From contig CM119264.1 in the NCBI GenBank assembly GCA_051294375.1, positions 12,154,263 to 12,218,262 of the forward strand: a stretch of 64,000 bases of DNA, read 5' to 3'. Below, piece after piece: positions 12,701 to 25,300 of this stretch. Within the stretch, counting starts at the first letter, position 1. Each line of letters opens with the position of its first letter. Under the pieces are notes generated by a model that saw nothing but the letters and a program-made list of their open reading frames with translations, had not been told where the DNA came from and did no database searches. A program made the translations under genes and the position numbers. Origin of the DNA: Paraspadella gotoi (taxonomy: Eukaryota > Animalia > Chaetognatha).

Positions 12701-13530
12701 TTCGTTTGAGCTAAAGTTTGAGCGCTCTCGTTAAGGAGAAACAAAAGAGTAACATCCAGCACCGTGCTTACAAACCTACGGCATAGCCATAGGTTATGCA
12801 TTATGCACTGCCAAAGGGTCAAGTAAAAGTATTTTCCCGAATGTTTTTTATTAATTAAATAATACGTGGACCGGGACGTAACAAATCTTTTATTTCATAT
12901 TTTTACCATAGTATTTCATTGTCAACTTTTTTAAAAAATATGTTTGTGTATTATCTTAAAAACTGATTCACTACCTTTACCTTTACCGAAATGAAACTGC
13001 TTGGAACGACCTTTCATATTGATACGGTCATTGGTCATCTGACCAGGATTAACAGTTCAGGAGTCATGAAGTTCAAACTCAAATATTTATTTCATTTTAA
13101 GAGTCAGACTGATGGATTGTGAGGACATCGAGCAATTCGAGAAAAAAAACAAAGTATTTACTAATATCAATAAATGAGAAGTGTCAGAATATATATTTAT
13201 ATATCGAGTTCTTAATCTCCGCGAAATCGTCACCGCTTTTGGTAAGTTATAATAATAAAAATAAGGAAGAAAGACTTTTGTCGGGAAGAAACTTTCGTGG
13301 ATTTGTTCATCGGTTTAATTCATTAGCGAATTCATAAATGATCGGGCAGTTATTCATTTGTAGATCGATTCGTTCATTTATTCATTAGTAGATCGATTCG
13401 CCACCTAACACTTTGAAGGACAAGAAACGACGTTTCAGATCTTTCGCCCACTGAAGTTTCACAAGATTCTCCCTCCAACAAGACTTAGAAAACTGAATTT
13501 AAAAATTCTGCTTACGTCACTTAAGTAAGC

Positions 13531-13840
13531 AATGAAATTGTTACAACCAGCATAAATATTATCTATTGATTTAATAAATAATCTATCTTGCCCCTGATGG
13601 ACAGGCCTTGGTGGGTAAGGCCCCATCACTCTTGCAAGATAATGACAGATCAGGTCCCTGCAAGCTTTCAAACAAGACTCTCTCACAGTCTCGTTTATTC
13701 GTTTATATAATGATTTTGTATGTTTTAATTGTACTCCGCCTCGCATCAAAATACAAGGAGCTGAATTTTATGAAATTGGTACAACAAATATAAAAGTTAT
13801 CCATTCATTTAATAAATAAGCTATCTTGCCCCTGACTTTG
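13531..13840. repeat. Dispersed repeat family A (two tandem partial units)
   Basis: Core ATGAAATTGGTACAACCAATATAAAAATTATCCATTCATTTAATAAATAAGCTATCTTGCCCCTGACTTTGGACAGGC, also found at ~23925-24010, ~46236-46345, ~49445-49885 and ~57590-57915. Confidence 0.85.
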
Positions 13841-14442
13841 TAATTCAGCGGATTAAACTATCTATAAACTAAGGCACACAAAACTAACTTTAGATTCAAA
13901 GACATTAAAACCACGTCGCTTATAAGTAATATTTAGATTAAATATCAAAATAATACAATGAGCATTAAGATCACATTCGTGAAAACATGAAACGAAACGA
14001 AAGCAATAACATGAATCAGAAAGGATAATTTAAATTTTTTTCAACGATAGCAAGTTTTACTATAAACAAACATTGAAGTAAATTTCGGACTTGCCGCCTT
14101 ATATATAGAAAACAATTTTTTTAAAAACTTATGTTCTATGAATTGGGAACATAAAACTAAAGAACTATAGAACTATTTAATCGCAAAATATTGTTTCGTG
14201 CATCTTAAGCAGACACGAGACAGCAAGGATGGAAGAATCAAATTATTATAATATTCTGAAAAGATGACCGCGGTTCATATTTTGCCCAAAAATCTAAATT
14301 ATCATAATCTCAATGACGAAATTAAATTGGCCAAAAAATCTAGTCATGGTAGGAACGTAATTAATTGTCGTCCTTAAACTGAGGACGATTAAACAGATTT
14401 GTTAAAAAATAACGTTTGTATTCTTTAAACGATATCGCTTTC

Positions 14443-15092
14443 CTATTGATAAGGACTCGCGCTACGCGATCGGGAACGCCGTCGTCTTGGTGCCGGTTCT
14501 GCCGACCGATTGCGCTCATATCGATCGGAGCGATCGTATTCTGTCAGTAGCAATCAAAACAAAATACATTATTAACAACGGAATCCGTCCACCACTCAAT
14601 TCGGCTTTTACGCGCTCACCTCTGTCGTCCCTCCTATCGTAACGAGGGCGATCGTTCCTTCTTTCAAAACCGCCGCGATCCCGATCGCCAAATCCGCCGC
14701 CAGATCGACCGCCGCGTTTCCTGACTCCTTTGGAAAGCTCGACCCGGACGGAAGAGCCGTTGATGCGTGTGCCGTCTAGGGCGCGGATGGCGTCGTCGGC
14801 GTCGCGGTAATCCTCGAAATCGACAAAGCCGAAGCCCGGAGGGTTACGAGCAACCCAGACATGGCGAATAGTGCCGAACCGATTGAAGGAAGCTTCCAAG
14901 TCGTTCTAACAGGAATAAAAAAAGAGTGAAAAAATTGATCGCTTTTATCGAATCTATTTATAAAAAATGTTAATGTGATAGGATTTAAATTAAGATGTTC
15001 TAGCCTAGCGGCCTCACCTCGGAAGTTCCAGGTTTCAAGTCACCCACGTACACTTGGGCGTTGGGTTTCCCGCGGTCGTCCATCCGAGACAT
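14443..15092 (-). CDS. SR splicing factor of the SRSF3/SRSF7 (Rbp1/9G8) family, 3 exons
   Basis: RRM with VYVGDL and [30 protein letters not shown]...VRVELS, followed by an RG/RD-rich region and an RSRSRSASP tail. Confidence 0.9.
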
Positions 15093-15831
15093 TTCGAGGA
15101 TGCGTCTCGCTTTCGATGTCGGGGTGCGTTAACTGAAGAATAGGAAGTAGATGATAGAGACGGAAACACGGGCGTGGGCGTGGCATGCATTGCTTTCGAG
15201 GACCGAGACGATAGAGATTGCGAGATATAGGAGAGAGCGGAGGAAGGAGGGAAAGATTCTTCGACGTTAACGGACGATAGAGATTTGTTTTTGCGATCGA
15301 AATAGCAAACATGCGGCGAAGAGGCGGGAGAATAACGGAGGAGTATGTACGGGAGAAAAAGAGGGGGTGCGGTGGGAGAAAACCGAACGAGAATGATATA
15401 TGGCGGTTGCTACAGAGACAGTCGCGACGGAAGATAGAGATAAGGGAGCCCGATTATTGAAATGGAGTCGTGTGATCAAAATTATTAGGAAAGCAATGTG
15501 AGAAAATAAATACGAAAAAAGAATGGACGAATTAAGGAAATATCAAGAAGGTGATAATGACACGAGGGGAGCGAAGATCTTTGCGAATTTTCGAGGCGAA
15601 TGGACTGTGAGATGGTTGGAAGACGAATAAAAGACTAACTGAAAGAAACGAAAACTACAAATAATAATCAGATATACGTAGTTACTTGTTAAAAATTTCA
15701 CTTTCTTCCACTCTGGTGCGTGTCAAATTAAGTAAATCATCAAAATGTAGATCTGTAAAAAGAAGATGTCTAAATTGATGAAAACTTAAAACGACTGTAA
15801 ACAAAAAATAAAATGAGGAAAAAAAAAAAGA

Positions 15832-18357
15832 TTATTTTCCCGGAAGTCTGTAAACTCCAGAAAGAAAGACGAGTTTTTGCTCTTTGATCTTTTTGTTAAG
15901 AAAGGCCTTCAGCTCGGGCAGTTCGAGTTCCCAATTTCCTCCAGGAGAACTGGCGGCAAACATCTTTAACATGGAATGGATCCTCTCGATGGTCATAGAG
16001 TCCAAGTTCCTGAGCATGCCTTCGATGTAGGTCCAGTAAGTGTTCAGTTCCTCGTCCCGCAAATCCTGCGCAGTCGCTGTTGCCGGTTCCAACTCGTCCT
16101 CGGGGTCCAGCACAAAAGTTTCACCGGCGGCGTCCCCATTCTTTCCGCCGGCGCCAGTACCCTGGCCTTTGGGACCGAGCAACGAGCCGCACGAGAGTGG
16201 ACGATCCTCGTGCAGAGTCCACACGTCGGGTGAGTCTTCCCGCAAGAGTCCGTGCGACTGCCACAGGGTGATGCGGCGCCGTAGCCCAGCCGAGGTCATC
16301 CCGAGCTTGGCAGAGAGAGAATCAGTCGTCCAAGACTCCCTATCTTGAAAAGCGTGGATAATGGCTGCGTGGACAGGAGAAACGCTGACGCTCAGTTTCT
16401 TTCCGTCCTTAAGTTCAATTTGCAGATTGACGAAGCCCAGGTGCGGACGCCAATGAAGCGTCCGATTGCCCTTAAGGGCCTCGTAGGAAGTCGTAAACTT
16501 CTCCATAGCCTTCTCCATCTCTTCGGGAAGCTTGATTTTTTCTTCTCGAAGCTGAGGCCAAAATTGCCCAGAGATGACGTAGGCGTTGAGAGGGACTTCG
16601 TCGGAAGAATTCGACGGTTCCTCTTTTTTGGAGGCGGATTCTTGGATATGCTTGTTGATGCGGCCAGAATCCTCGACGTCCTTTAGGATAACCTCGCAGT
16701 AGTGCATCTGAGATTCCCCGAATCGACGCTTTAGCAGTTCGAGGTGGCGTCGTTCCTTATCAAGATCGAAAGTGGCGGCAGTGAGGATACGGTCGGCCAG
16801 TAACGTTCGATAGGCGTTGACGAATAGTTCTCGGCTGCCGTATATATTGACGAGCATCGAGATGATGTCGGCGGAACGACGCTGGTGCGACGACTTTGAA
16901 GGATCAGCGTCAACCGGATCCGGCATCCACTGACTCCAGTTAGAGGCGTCGGCGTCTCCAGCGGCCTCGTTCCAGGCATCCTCGATTTCGCAGAGCTCGC
17001 TGCTGGCGACGAGTTCTGAGGCAAGTTCGCTTCCGGAAGTCTCGTCGGTGAGAGACTGGACAATGCAGCGAACGGTGTCCTCGCGTTGTCGCAGATAGGT
17101 TCTGACGGGCTGGCAGACGAGTTCAAGGATAACGCCTTAAAATTGAAAAATAAAATAACAATTACAAAATGACAAAATACTATAATTCTCTAAAATTATA
17201 AAAACATTTGAATAAAACCTCACACCTGAAGGATCCAAAAACCGCAATGCTCTAATAGCCTCGATGTAAAAAGTCAAAATCTCCGTTGTGTTTACTCCAG
17301 GATGCAGCAGACGAGTTTGCAGCGCCGTCTTTAAAGACATCATCAATCTTGGCCTGACGTCGGGAACCTTCTCCATGCAGTCTCGCAAATCCACGAGGGA
17401 TGGTTTTGAATCGGGAAACTCGACGATGATGTCAAAGAGTTGCTCTATGCGGGCGTGGGCCAACGCCTCGTGGGTGAGAAAGAGCAGCCGATCGGCGACG
17501 TGCGGTCGAGGGAAAAGATGGAGAGGCAGAGACGATCGCACCCAGTCCTCTAAACCAGCCAAAGCGGCCAAGTCGCAGGAGCTTTCGCAAGATCGATTGA
17601 CGTGCTCTCGAATATGAGCGAAGCAAACTTCGTTAACGGCTTCACCACTGAGCGCATCACTGAGACCGAGGTCATCGAGTCGACCGTGCAGGCGCTCGAA
17701 TTGGGCGACAACGTCGGACAGCGTCTCGGCTCTCGATTCTGACGATTCCGCGTCGTCGATGTCCATCGGCGGTGGGTCCAAGTTAGTCGTCCCGTCCTCT
17801 TTGCCGCTCAAAGTTTGAAAGGTTTTGAAAGCGAGTCGATAAGCGAGTCTGACGACGGGAAAAAGACTCAGCCTTGGATAGGTAGTGATGACGCCAAGAA
17901 GTGATTCTCTGACAAAATTCTCGCAACCCCGTCCTACTGGTGCCGCATTCAGATCGTCAACCAGGCGCGCACGGCGCAGCAGCGGAGAGACATCGGCGTG
18001 CAAGCGTTCCACTGCGTCGTGCAGCAACGAGAGACATGTTCGGTCCAGAGGACGGGTCAGGGTAAAAAACACGTCACCCTGAGGAAACTGCTCCCAAAAA
18101 CGAGGCACGATGTCTCGAGCAAGAAGGCGTTCCACGTGGGCGCAGAACCAGTCAAAGAGAAGGTGAGGCATACCCCACTCGGAAAGAAGAGACAGATTTT
18201 GCCGCATTTCGAAGACGCTGCTACGAAGTCCATCCACCGTAAAGTTCCGCTTCAGCTCTTTCCAAACAACGGAGGCGCGATCGAAATCAATAGGGGGAAC
18301 GGTTTCCATGGTAACAGAAAGTCCCGCGGCTGTATTTCTATTATTTAGTTCGTTCAT
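15832..18357 (-). CDS. ANAPC2: Anaphase-promoting complex subunit 2 (cullin-like), 2 exons; start may be the ATG at ~18310
   Basis: LFDIIVEFPDSKPSL, RLLHPGVNTTEILTFYI, WMPDPVDADP, DIISMLVNIYGSRELF and the C-terminal WHB YWTYIEGMLRNLDSMTIERIHSMLKMF. Confidence 0.95.
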
Positions 18358-19317
18358 TTTTAATCAGCTTCACTGCCTCCTTTTAACAGATGACATTTCA
18401 AGTACCTAAACAATTAACCAAGCTACATAATTGAATAAGGGAAATTTTAAAGATCAAAAATTTTTTTCCCCACTTCAAAAGTAAAATCAAAACGCACGGT
18501 CAAAAGAACTATGTAGAAATACTAGCTGGCTTGGATGAGAGTAATATTTGGCGATTAATATTTTAACACTAGAAATTACAAAATTTACTAATAATCGACT
18601 TTCATAAAACTATGTCTGATATTTTTAAAAGCGAAAATTCACTGACCTCGTATGATAGTTCTTTAAAAAAAACTTCCTGGAAAGACAACTGTGGTATAGT
18701 CATTAAAATCACCTTGAACATGTAGATTTTGGTGCGTTCGAACATGATAAAGCGTATGAAAGTGATATGTATTAAATGATGAAAACAAAGTTGTAAAACC
18801 TTTATAATTACAATAAATAGAATCATGACAATTATTTAAGCACCATATATTTCAGAAACCACCTAATTTTCTGGGAAATTCAACGATGATATAATAATGG
18901 GGAGTTTTGATTTGCAGAAGTGACTAGCTCTAATTCAAAAAAGTATTACAAAATAAAAAAATTATCATAAGGCTACTTCTGGTGTGTAAAAGCGTTACTT
19001 GTGCGTTGAAAATATATCGAATCCATAACAGGCAATTACACTTTGTAATCTGATAACAAAAAAGTCATATAGCACCAAGGATCTATGTAAAAATATGTAC
19101 CATAAAATTCTAAAAAGCCGTAAGAAAATGAAGGGGAAAAACCTCCCAAGGCGGTATCAAAGTAAAAAAAAACAACGCCGAATCTTTGAGGACGCTAAAA
19201 GAAAAAAGAAAATCTCGAGTATCATTTTGTTATGTATACTTGAAAAACAAAAACACAACTGAAAATCAAAAAAATATATATATGTTGTTAAAAGCCTTTT
19301 CGCTTTTTAAAAAAGTT

Positions 19318-22300
19318 TTAAGATTTGTCCTTCTTCTTTTTCAGGAAACTTCCAAATCCTTTCTTCTTCTTTTTCTCCCCTCCCTCTTCGCCGTCGCTGG
19401 AAAGAGTGGAGGCTCGATTGGAGTTTGGCGGTAGGGTCGAAGATCGAAGGTTGACGCCGCTCGAGTCCGACTCGTTCGAATGGGTGGACAAACTGTCGCC
19501 GTCGACGCCGCCCCTGCAAGAGTAGATTTAAAAGAAATTTATTTCTTGCCTCGCTAATGTCTTATCTGCATTAAATAGGGCCAGTGCGGACTGACCTTCC
19601 GTGAACCGGCAGGGTGTTGGTGTCGTGCCCGATAATGGGCGGGGCCACAAGGGGCGCTGGCGGCGCGTCAGCTGCTTCGCCTTCCGAGTTCAAAGAAACT
19701 CCGTCGGGGGCAATGAAAGCGATGTCTGGAACGTTGGCAGAACCTACCGACGAATAGCAATATTAACAACTTTGGACTGTATGACCATAATCAATTAATC
19801 ATGATTACTATCATCATCTTAAATCACCCGCCGCTTTCCGAATGCAATTGACCCACTCGTCCCGTTCAAAGGGCGTGGAGACTTCGAAAAGGAATTCAGC
19901 GCGATCGGGTGTCTTTAGCTCAAAAACGTTCTTGCGGCCTTTGTGCTCGGAAGCGACGTGACACGTGGCGCCATTGACGCTCAGAGGGGGCGGCATAGAC
20001 GACGTCAGTTTCATTTCTTCACGTCCCTTTTTATCCTGAAATGGGGTAGGGAAAATCATTTTCAAAGTTGCTTAAATTTTATTGGGGTTAAATTCCTTAT
20101 TCGACAATTCCATTTGGCTGATAACTGTTTTTACCTTAAAGAATATCAAGAGACTGCCGCAGAGTGTGGCGTAATATGCGTTCCACGATCGAACGGCCGA
20201 TTTTTTTCCGCCGACTTGCTGAGTGTGCTTTCTCTCCAATGGACCCTCAACGGAGGACGGGGGAAGATTAGGAGGAAGTTCTGGACCTTTCCTGCGGAAG
20301 GACGGCGTCTTGCGGGGCTTTAGCGTCAAAGAAAGCGAGGCTTTTTCTGTTAGGAGCGAAAAGATTTAAATGGGGAAAAAGCGATGAAAACAGTGGCCTT
20401 TTCGGCAGCCATGGATAGAAAAGAATATGCAACTATCAAACCCATCCCAGCATGCAACTTACTGACTTTACGTAAATTAGTAAACTGAGATATTCTTATT
20501 TTGTAGTCAAACTGAAAGATTCCAAAAAATCGGTATTAAAAGTTAATGAGAGTTATTTTTTTTCCTAATAACTGGAAAAATGCTTTAATACAAAGTTTTT
20601 ATAACCTCGTATACGCGTGCAAAGCCAAACAAATCCAGTGGCAACGTTACTTTTGAAATGAAACGAATTTCAATTTTTATATTGTAAGTTTTACCAAACA
20701 GGCTAATAGTATAACAAAGGAACACCACACAAAGCCAATCGTCGGTCAGCCGATTTCAAAATTGAGAAAATAAAAAAAAAATTCTTCTCTCCAAATTGAC
20801 TAATAAAAGAAAAAGGCATCATCAATAATGTTAAAAAGAAAAAGGTGAGGTAATTCACAAAATATACCCAAAATAACCTAGCTTAATATTTGACGTGGTA
20901 AGTTTTTTCTCACCTTACGATACCGCTTTCACTAAAAACTGTTGCTACGTTACTGCAGATAAACAAATATGAGAGAGTTAGTTTTCTTTCCCTTTTTTTG
21001 TTTTTAACATGAGAGGAAACTGAGGTGTGGACAAAATGGCAAAAACGTTAGGATTAAGGGGGTAAAAAAATGAAAAATTTAAGAAAAAAATGATAACCGA
21101 AAGTTGGGAGGATAATGAGAAGAAAAGAATAGGAGAAAAAATAATTGACAAATCGATAATAATAAAAATAGCAAAGAAAAAAAGATGAGAAACCGGTAGG
21201 GATTGTTGATGTATCAGCAGAAACCGCAAATTGTTACCGATTTAACTTATTTTTACATAATTACGTATTCCGAGCGGTATTACTAGTTCCAAATAACGCT
21301 TTTCGAGCAATTTCATGCGAACCAAATTCACTCTCTATACCTGGCTCCGTCGGCGTCGGCTTTGGGGCGGCAACGGGCCCTGGGGGTGGTAGTGAGTCGG
21401 CGTCCTCTTCGTCGCTACTGTACTTTTCGTCGTCGGCTCTCTTAACCACCACCGGCTTGTTAGCGATTGCCGCGCTAGAAGCCGAACGCTTCAAAGCCTA
21501 AAAGATAAAACTTGGTACAAATCTACCCCAAGAAACCAAGTTTAAAATATGTTAACCTCAGCGGCTGCCTTTGCCGCGGGGGCGGGCGAATCTTCCTTGG
21601 GTTGAAAGGAGGAGACCGGTCTTGGTTTTTCTTTAGCGTCATCACCGCGAGCTTTAAAAAAATTAAGACCTTGCAATAAAAAATCTATAAATGGAATGGA
21701 AAGAACTGAACACTCCTAATCACCTTCTAGCAGCCTATCCTTTTCCTTCTTCTTCAACTCGTCCAGCCTCTGCTTATCCGCCCTTTCCTTGGCGTCACGG
21801 TCCTTTTTAACCTCGAGCTGCTTGGCCTGCGCTAGGCTGGGGTCCTTCATGAGGTTATCGACCTTATCTTCCTGTGCTCCGAGCATGTTGGAAAAGTCGT
21901 CGTGCTTCTTAAGCATATCCTCGGTGTGTTCGATGGAATCGCCGTAGTCGGCCGACTCGACGTCGCCCTCGCGCGCCGCCAGCCAAGACTCCAAGGCATC
22001 TAGCTCGCGTGCCAGTCCTTGAAGACCTTTCCGGTTGCCAAGTTGCTTTTCCTTGTTCTCCATGGCGACGATAAGATCGTCGTACTCCTTCCCCAACTTA
22101 TCCACCTTGTCTTCAAGATCGGCGCCGGACATGAGCCCGCCTTCCTTGTGCAGTTTTAAGCCGGTGGACTTGCAATCATCGATGTTTTCCTTTCGGCCGA
22201 GGATATCTTTTTTCAGGTCGGCCAATTTTTCGATGAGGGCCTCCGCCGTGGCCAAGTCGTGCACGGGCTCGTCCGAGTCAAGCTCTACCCTTTTTTCGTT

Positions 22301-25300
22301 GCACCATCGGGTCAGGTCTTTGTGGGTAACGAGGTATTTCATCAATTTTCGTGCCTAAAATAAAAATGCAACGTCACAACTTTTCTACGAAAAAGCTTTC
22401 AATTTTCTCTCTCTCATTTTATTCATGAACGACTTAACAGTTAACGAATAATTTAAGTTTGAACCTCTTGTGCACCCCTCTAAAGAAGAACGTCCAAGCT
22501 TCACCTGATGCAAATCTCCCTTTCGTTTTTCAGCCATGGCCTCGAGGGAAGCCCATTTTTTGTCCACGGCCTGAATCTTATCGTTGATGTGCGCTTGGGT
22601 GTCAGGAAAAGCGGCGAGGAGGCGGGAGGCCTCGTGGCGGACGGCCTCTACGCGCTCATTGGCAGCAGCGAGTTCACGCTCAAACTCTTCGTGTTTGGCG
22701 ATGAGGGCGGCGACGCCGGGCAAATCGGCGCCCACCCCGAGAGATGCCAAATCCGCGTCTTTCGTCTGAATCCAGCCAATGACATCATCGGCGTCGTCGT
22801 CGAACTTGTGAACCTGGGATCGGAATAGATTGAGATTTAGATTTACTCTCTCGAAGGCTCAACAGGAACTTAAAGAATCCTTACTTGTCTTGCTGACTCA
22901 AGCGCTTGAGCCCTGTCGTTGGCGGTCTCCCTCAGTTCCGTCCACTGCTGACTGAGCTCCCAGCAGCGCGCCGAGATCTCGGAGGAGCGGGGATGTCCGC
23001 TCTCACAAATGTCGTAACCCTTAGCAGTGACAACGTTGACCTTGGCCTCTGAATTGGCGAGATTGTTGTGGAAGTCATTGAAGGATTGGATAAGGAGATT
23101 GACGTGCTCCAGGTCGCGACCGTACTCTTCGGAGAGAGCAACTTGAGCTCGATCCTGCATCCACTCGGAAACGTCGTTGGCGCTGCGTTGGAAAGCGAAC
23201 CATTCCTGGCTGTATTTAAGGTCTTGACGACGAGACGAGGCTTGAGTCTTGCACTCCTTGAAGAGGGCGTCCAAGGCACTTTGAGCGGCTTTTATATCTG
23301 ATAGATTGGGGAAAAAAAGGCGTGAGGCTGCTCGTTGAACTTCGAACGACCGACGGACAGCATGACTTGTGTAGTCACATGATCATAAGAAAATGCGTCC
23401 ACAAAAGAAAGTCACGCCGGCGCAACACCTTGATCTAACCGGTTTTTACCTGAACCATGACTATTCTTTTGATCGAGCAACGTCTTCTTGTGTCCGTCCA
23501 ACTGTTTGACAGTCTTTACGAAATTGTCCAGATTTCTGTCGACCTCGTCGAGTTTCTTGAGAAGTGATTTGGCCGAGTCTTCGTTACGACCCAAGTCTTT
23601 GGACGTTAAAGCCGGCTGGCGATCCTTCAGCCATTGCTGGGCTTCGTTGTTCTTTGCAAAGTAGTTGTGGGCGGCGAGAGATTCGTCGAGTGCGACTTTG
23701 CGAGTCTCCACTGCGTCGTCTACGTTTTTCTTGGCTTCGATGACAGTGTCCAACTTGGTCTTAATCTCGCCCGAACCGAAATGATTCTGCTGCAGCATGC
23801 GATAGGCTTCGTTCGATAGTGATTCCACCTCTGGTTCGTGGGCCTTGATCTCGATTTCCAGATCCTAACGAAAACGGCGAAAAAATTAAAGTTTAATAAA
23901 TACGTTTGATTGAAATATTACATATGAGTGATGGAGGCCTTAATCAACCAAAGCCTGTCCAAAGTCAGGGGCAAGATTAGCTTATTTATTGGAATGGATA
24001 ATTTTTATAATTTCATATACTACTGTATTCATTTTTATCACCTCGTGTTTCCTTTTCAAAGACTGAACTTCCGACACGGAAGAACCCAAATTGGAATTGT
24101 CCAAAATGGCTGATTTTTCGGAGTAATAATCTAATTCTTCGGCGACGTTGTTGTTAAACTTGAAAAGGGCGATGCAGTCTTCCAGATTATTCTGACGGAT
24201 CATCCAAGGGCCTTCTAGCGTATTGAACCTATCAACAATTTATCGAATTAACGTCGTTTCACTATTATTCGATAAGCGAGGCGACCGGCTCTACCTAGTT
24301 TCCAGTCCTTTTGACCTCGAGGTCAACTCGTCCTTTAGGAAATGATTGGCATTTGCCATTGTTTTGCTAGTGTTTGTCATGTCCTTGACTTTCACATCGA
24401 GTGTGGACATGTCTTGATGTAGCGACTGATGTTTATTCATGAGCTTAGCCGCGGACGAAAGATCGCTGCCGTGGTCTTCGGATGATAATTGAGTTTCCAT
24501 GGAAACGATTTCGGATTCTATGTCGTCCATCTGCAGATTGAACAGAAGAGCCTGAGTAGCCTCGTCTAACTTTTGTCTCTTGTCTGTGGAGGCGGCGTTA
24601 AGTTCTATCCAACGGGCATCAACTGTCGTTGCTTTCGAAATAACGTCTTCTTTGCGAGAGTGGGAGGCGTCGACGAGTCGTTGGCTCTCCTTGGAAATGT
24701 CGAGGACGCGAGCCTCATTGGCTTTTAATTCAGTCTCGAAAGTCTGGAAGAGGCAAATAGAGTAAAGAGTATCAGGTTATCTTAATTAGTAATATAAAAC
24801 TTTCTGTTATCTCTTTTGTCAGTCAAAAAAAAGTAGTAGTTAACAAAAAAAAATATCTTAACCTCGTACCTGATGCGCTTGTGTTTTTTTCTGAAGGTTT
24901 GTTGGCTCTTTCCAATTTTGTTCTTTAGCCGTGTGGGTCTTGACATCAATCCAGGCAAGCACTTCATCAGCTTTATACGCAAATTGTTGATACTCTAATG
25001 ACTCTTCCAAATCGCGACGCCTCCTGTTTGTCGCAGAAATGAGGTCCTCCCACTTGCTCTGAACAGTAGCTTTACGTTGTTGAATGCCCGCGGAATCGTA
25101 ATGACCTCGACTAAAAAATAACGAACATCGCAAATTGTCAAACGCGGTGAGGCGATTTTATAAAACACGTGATTTTCACCTGCACAGATTATCAGCCTGC
25201 TTTTCTACAGAGACGACTCTTTCGTGTTGTGCGTCGACGCCACGTTTGAAGGATTCGTGGTCCTGCAACATATCGTCGACGGCAGCCACCGAGTCGCCCA

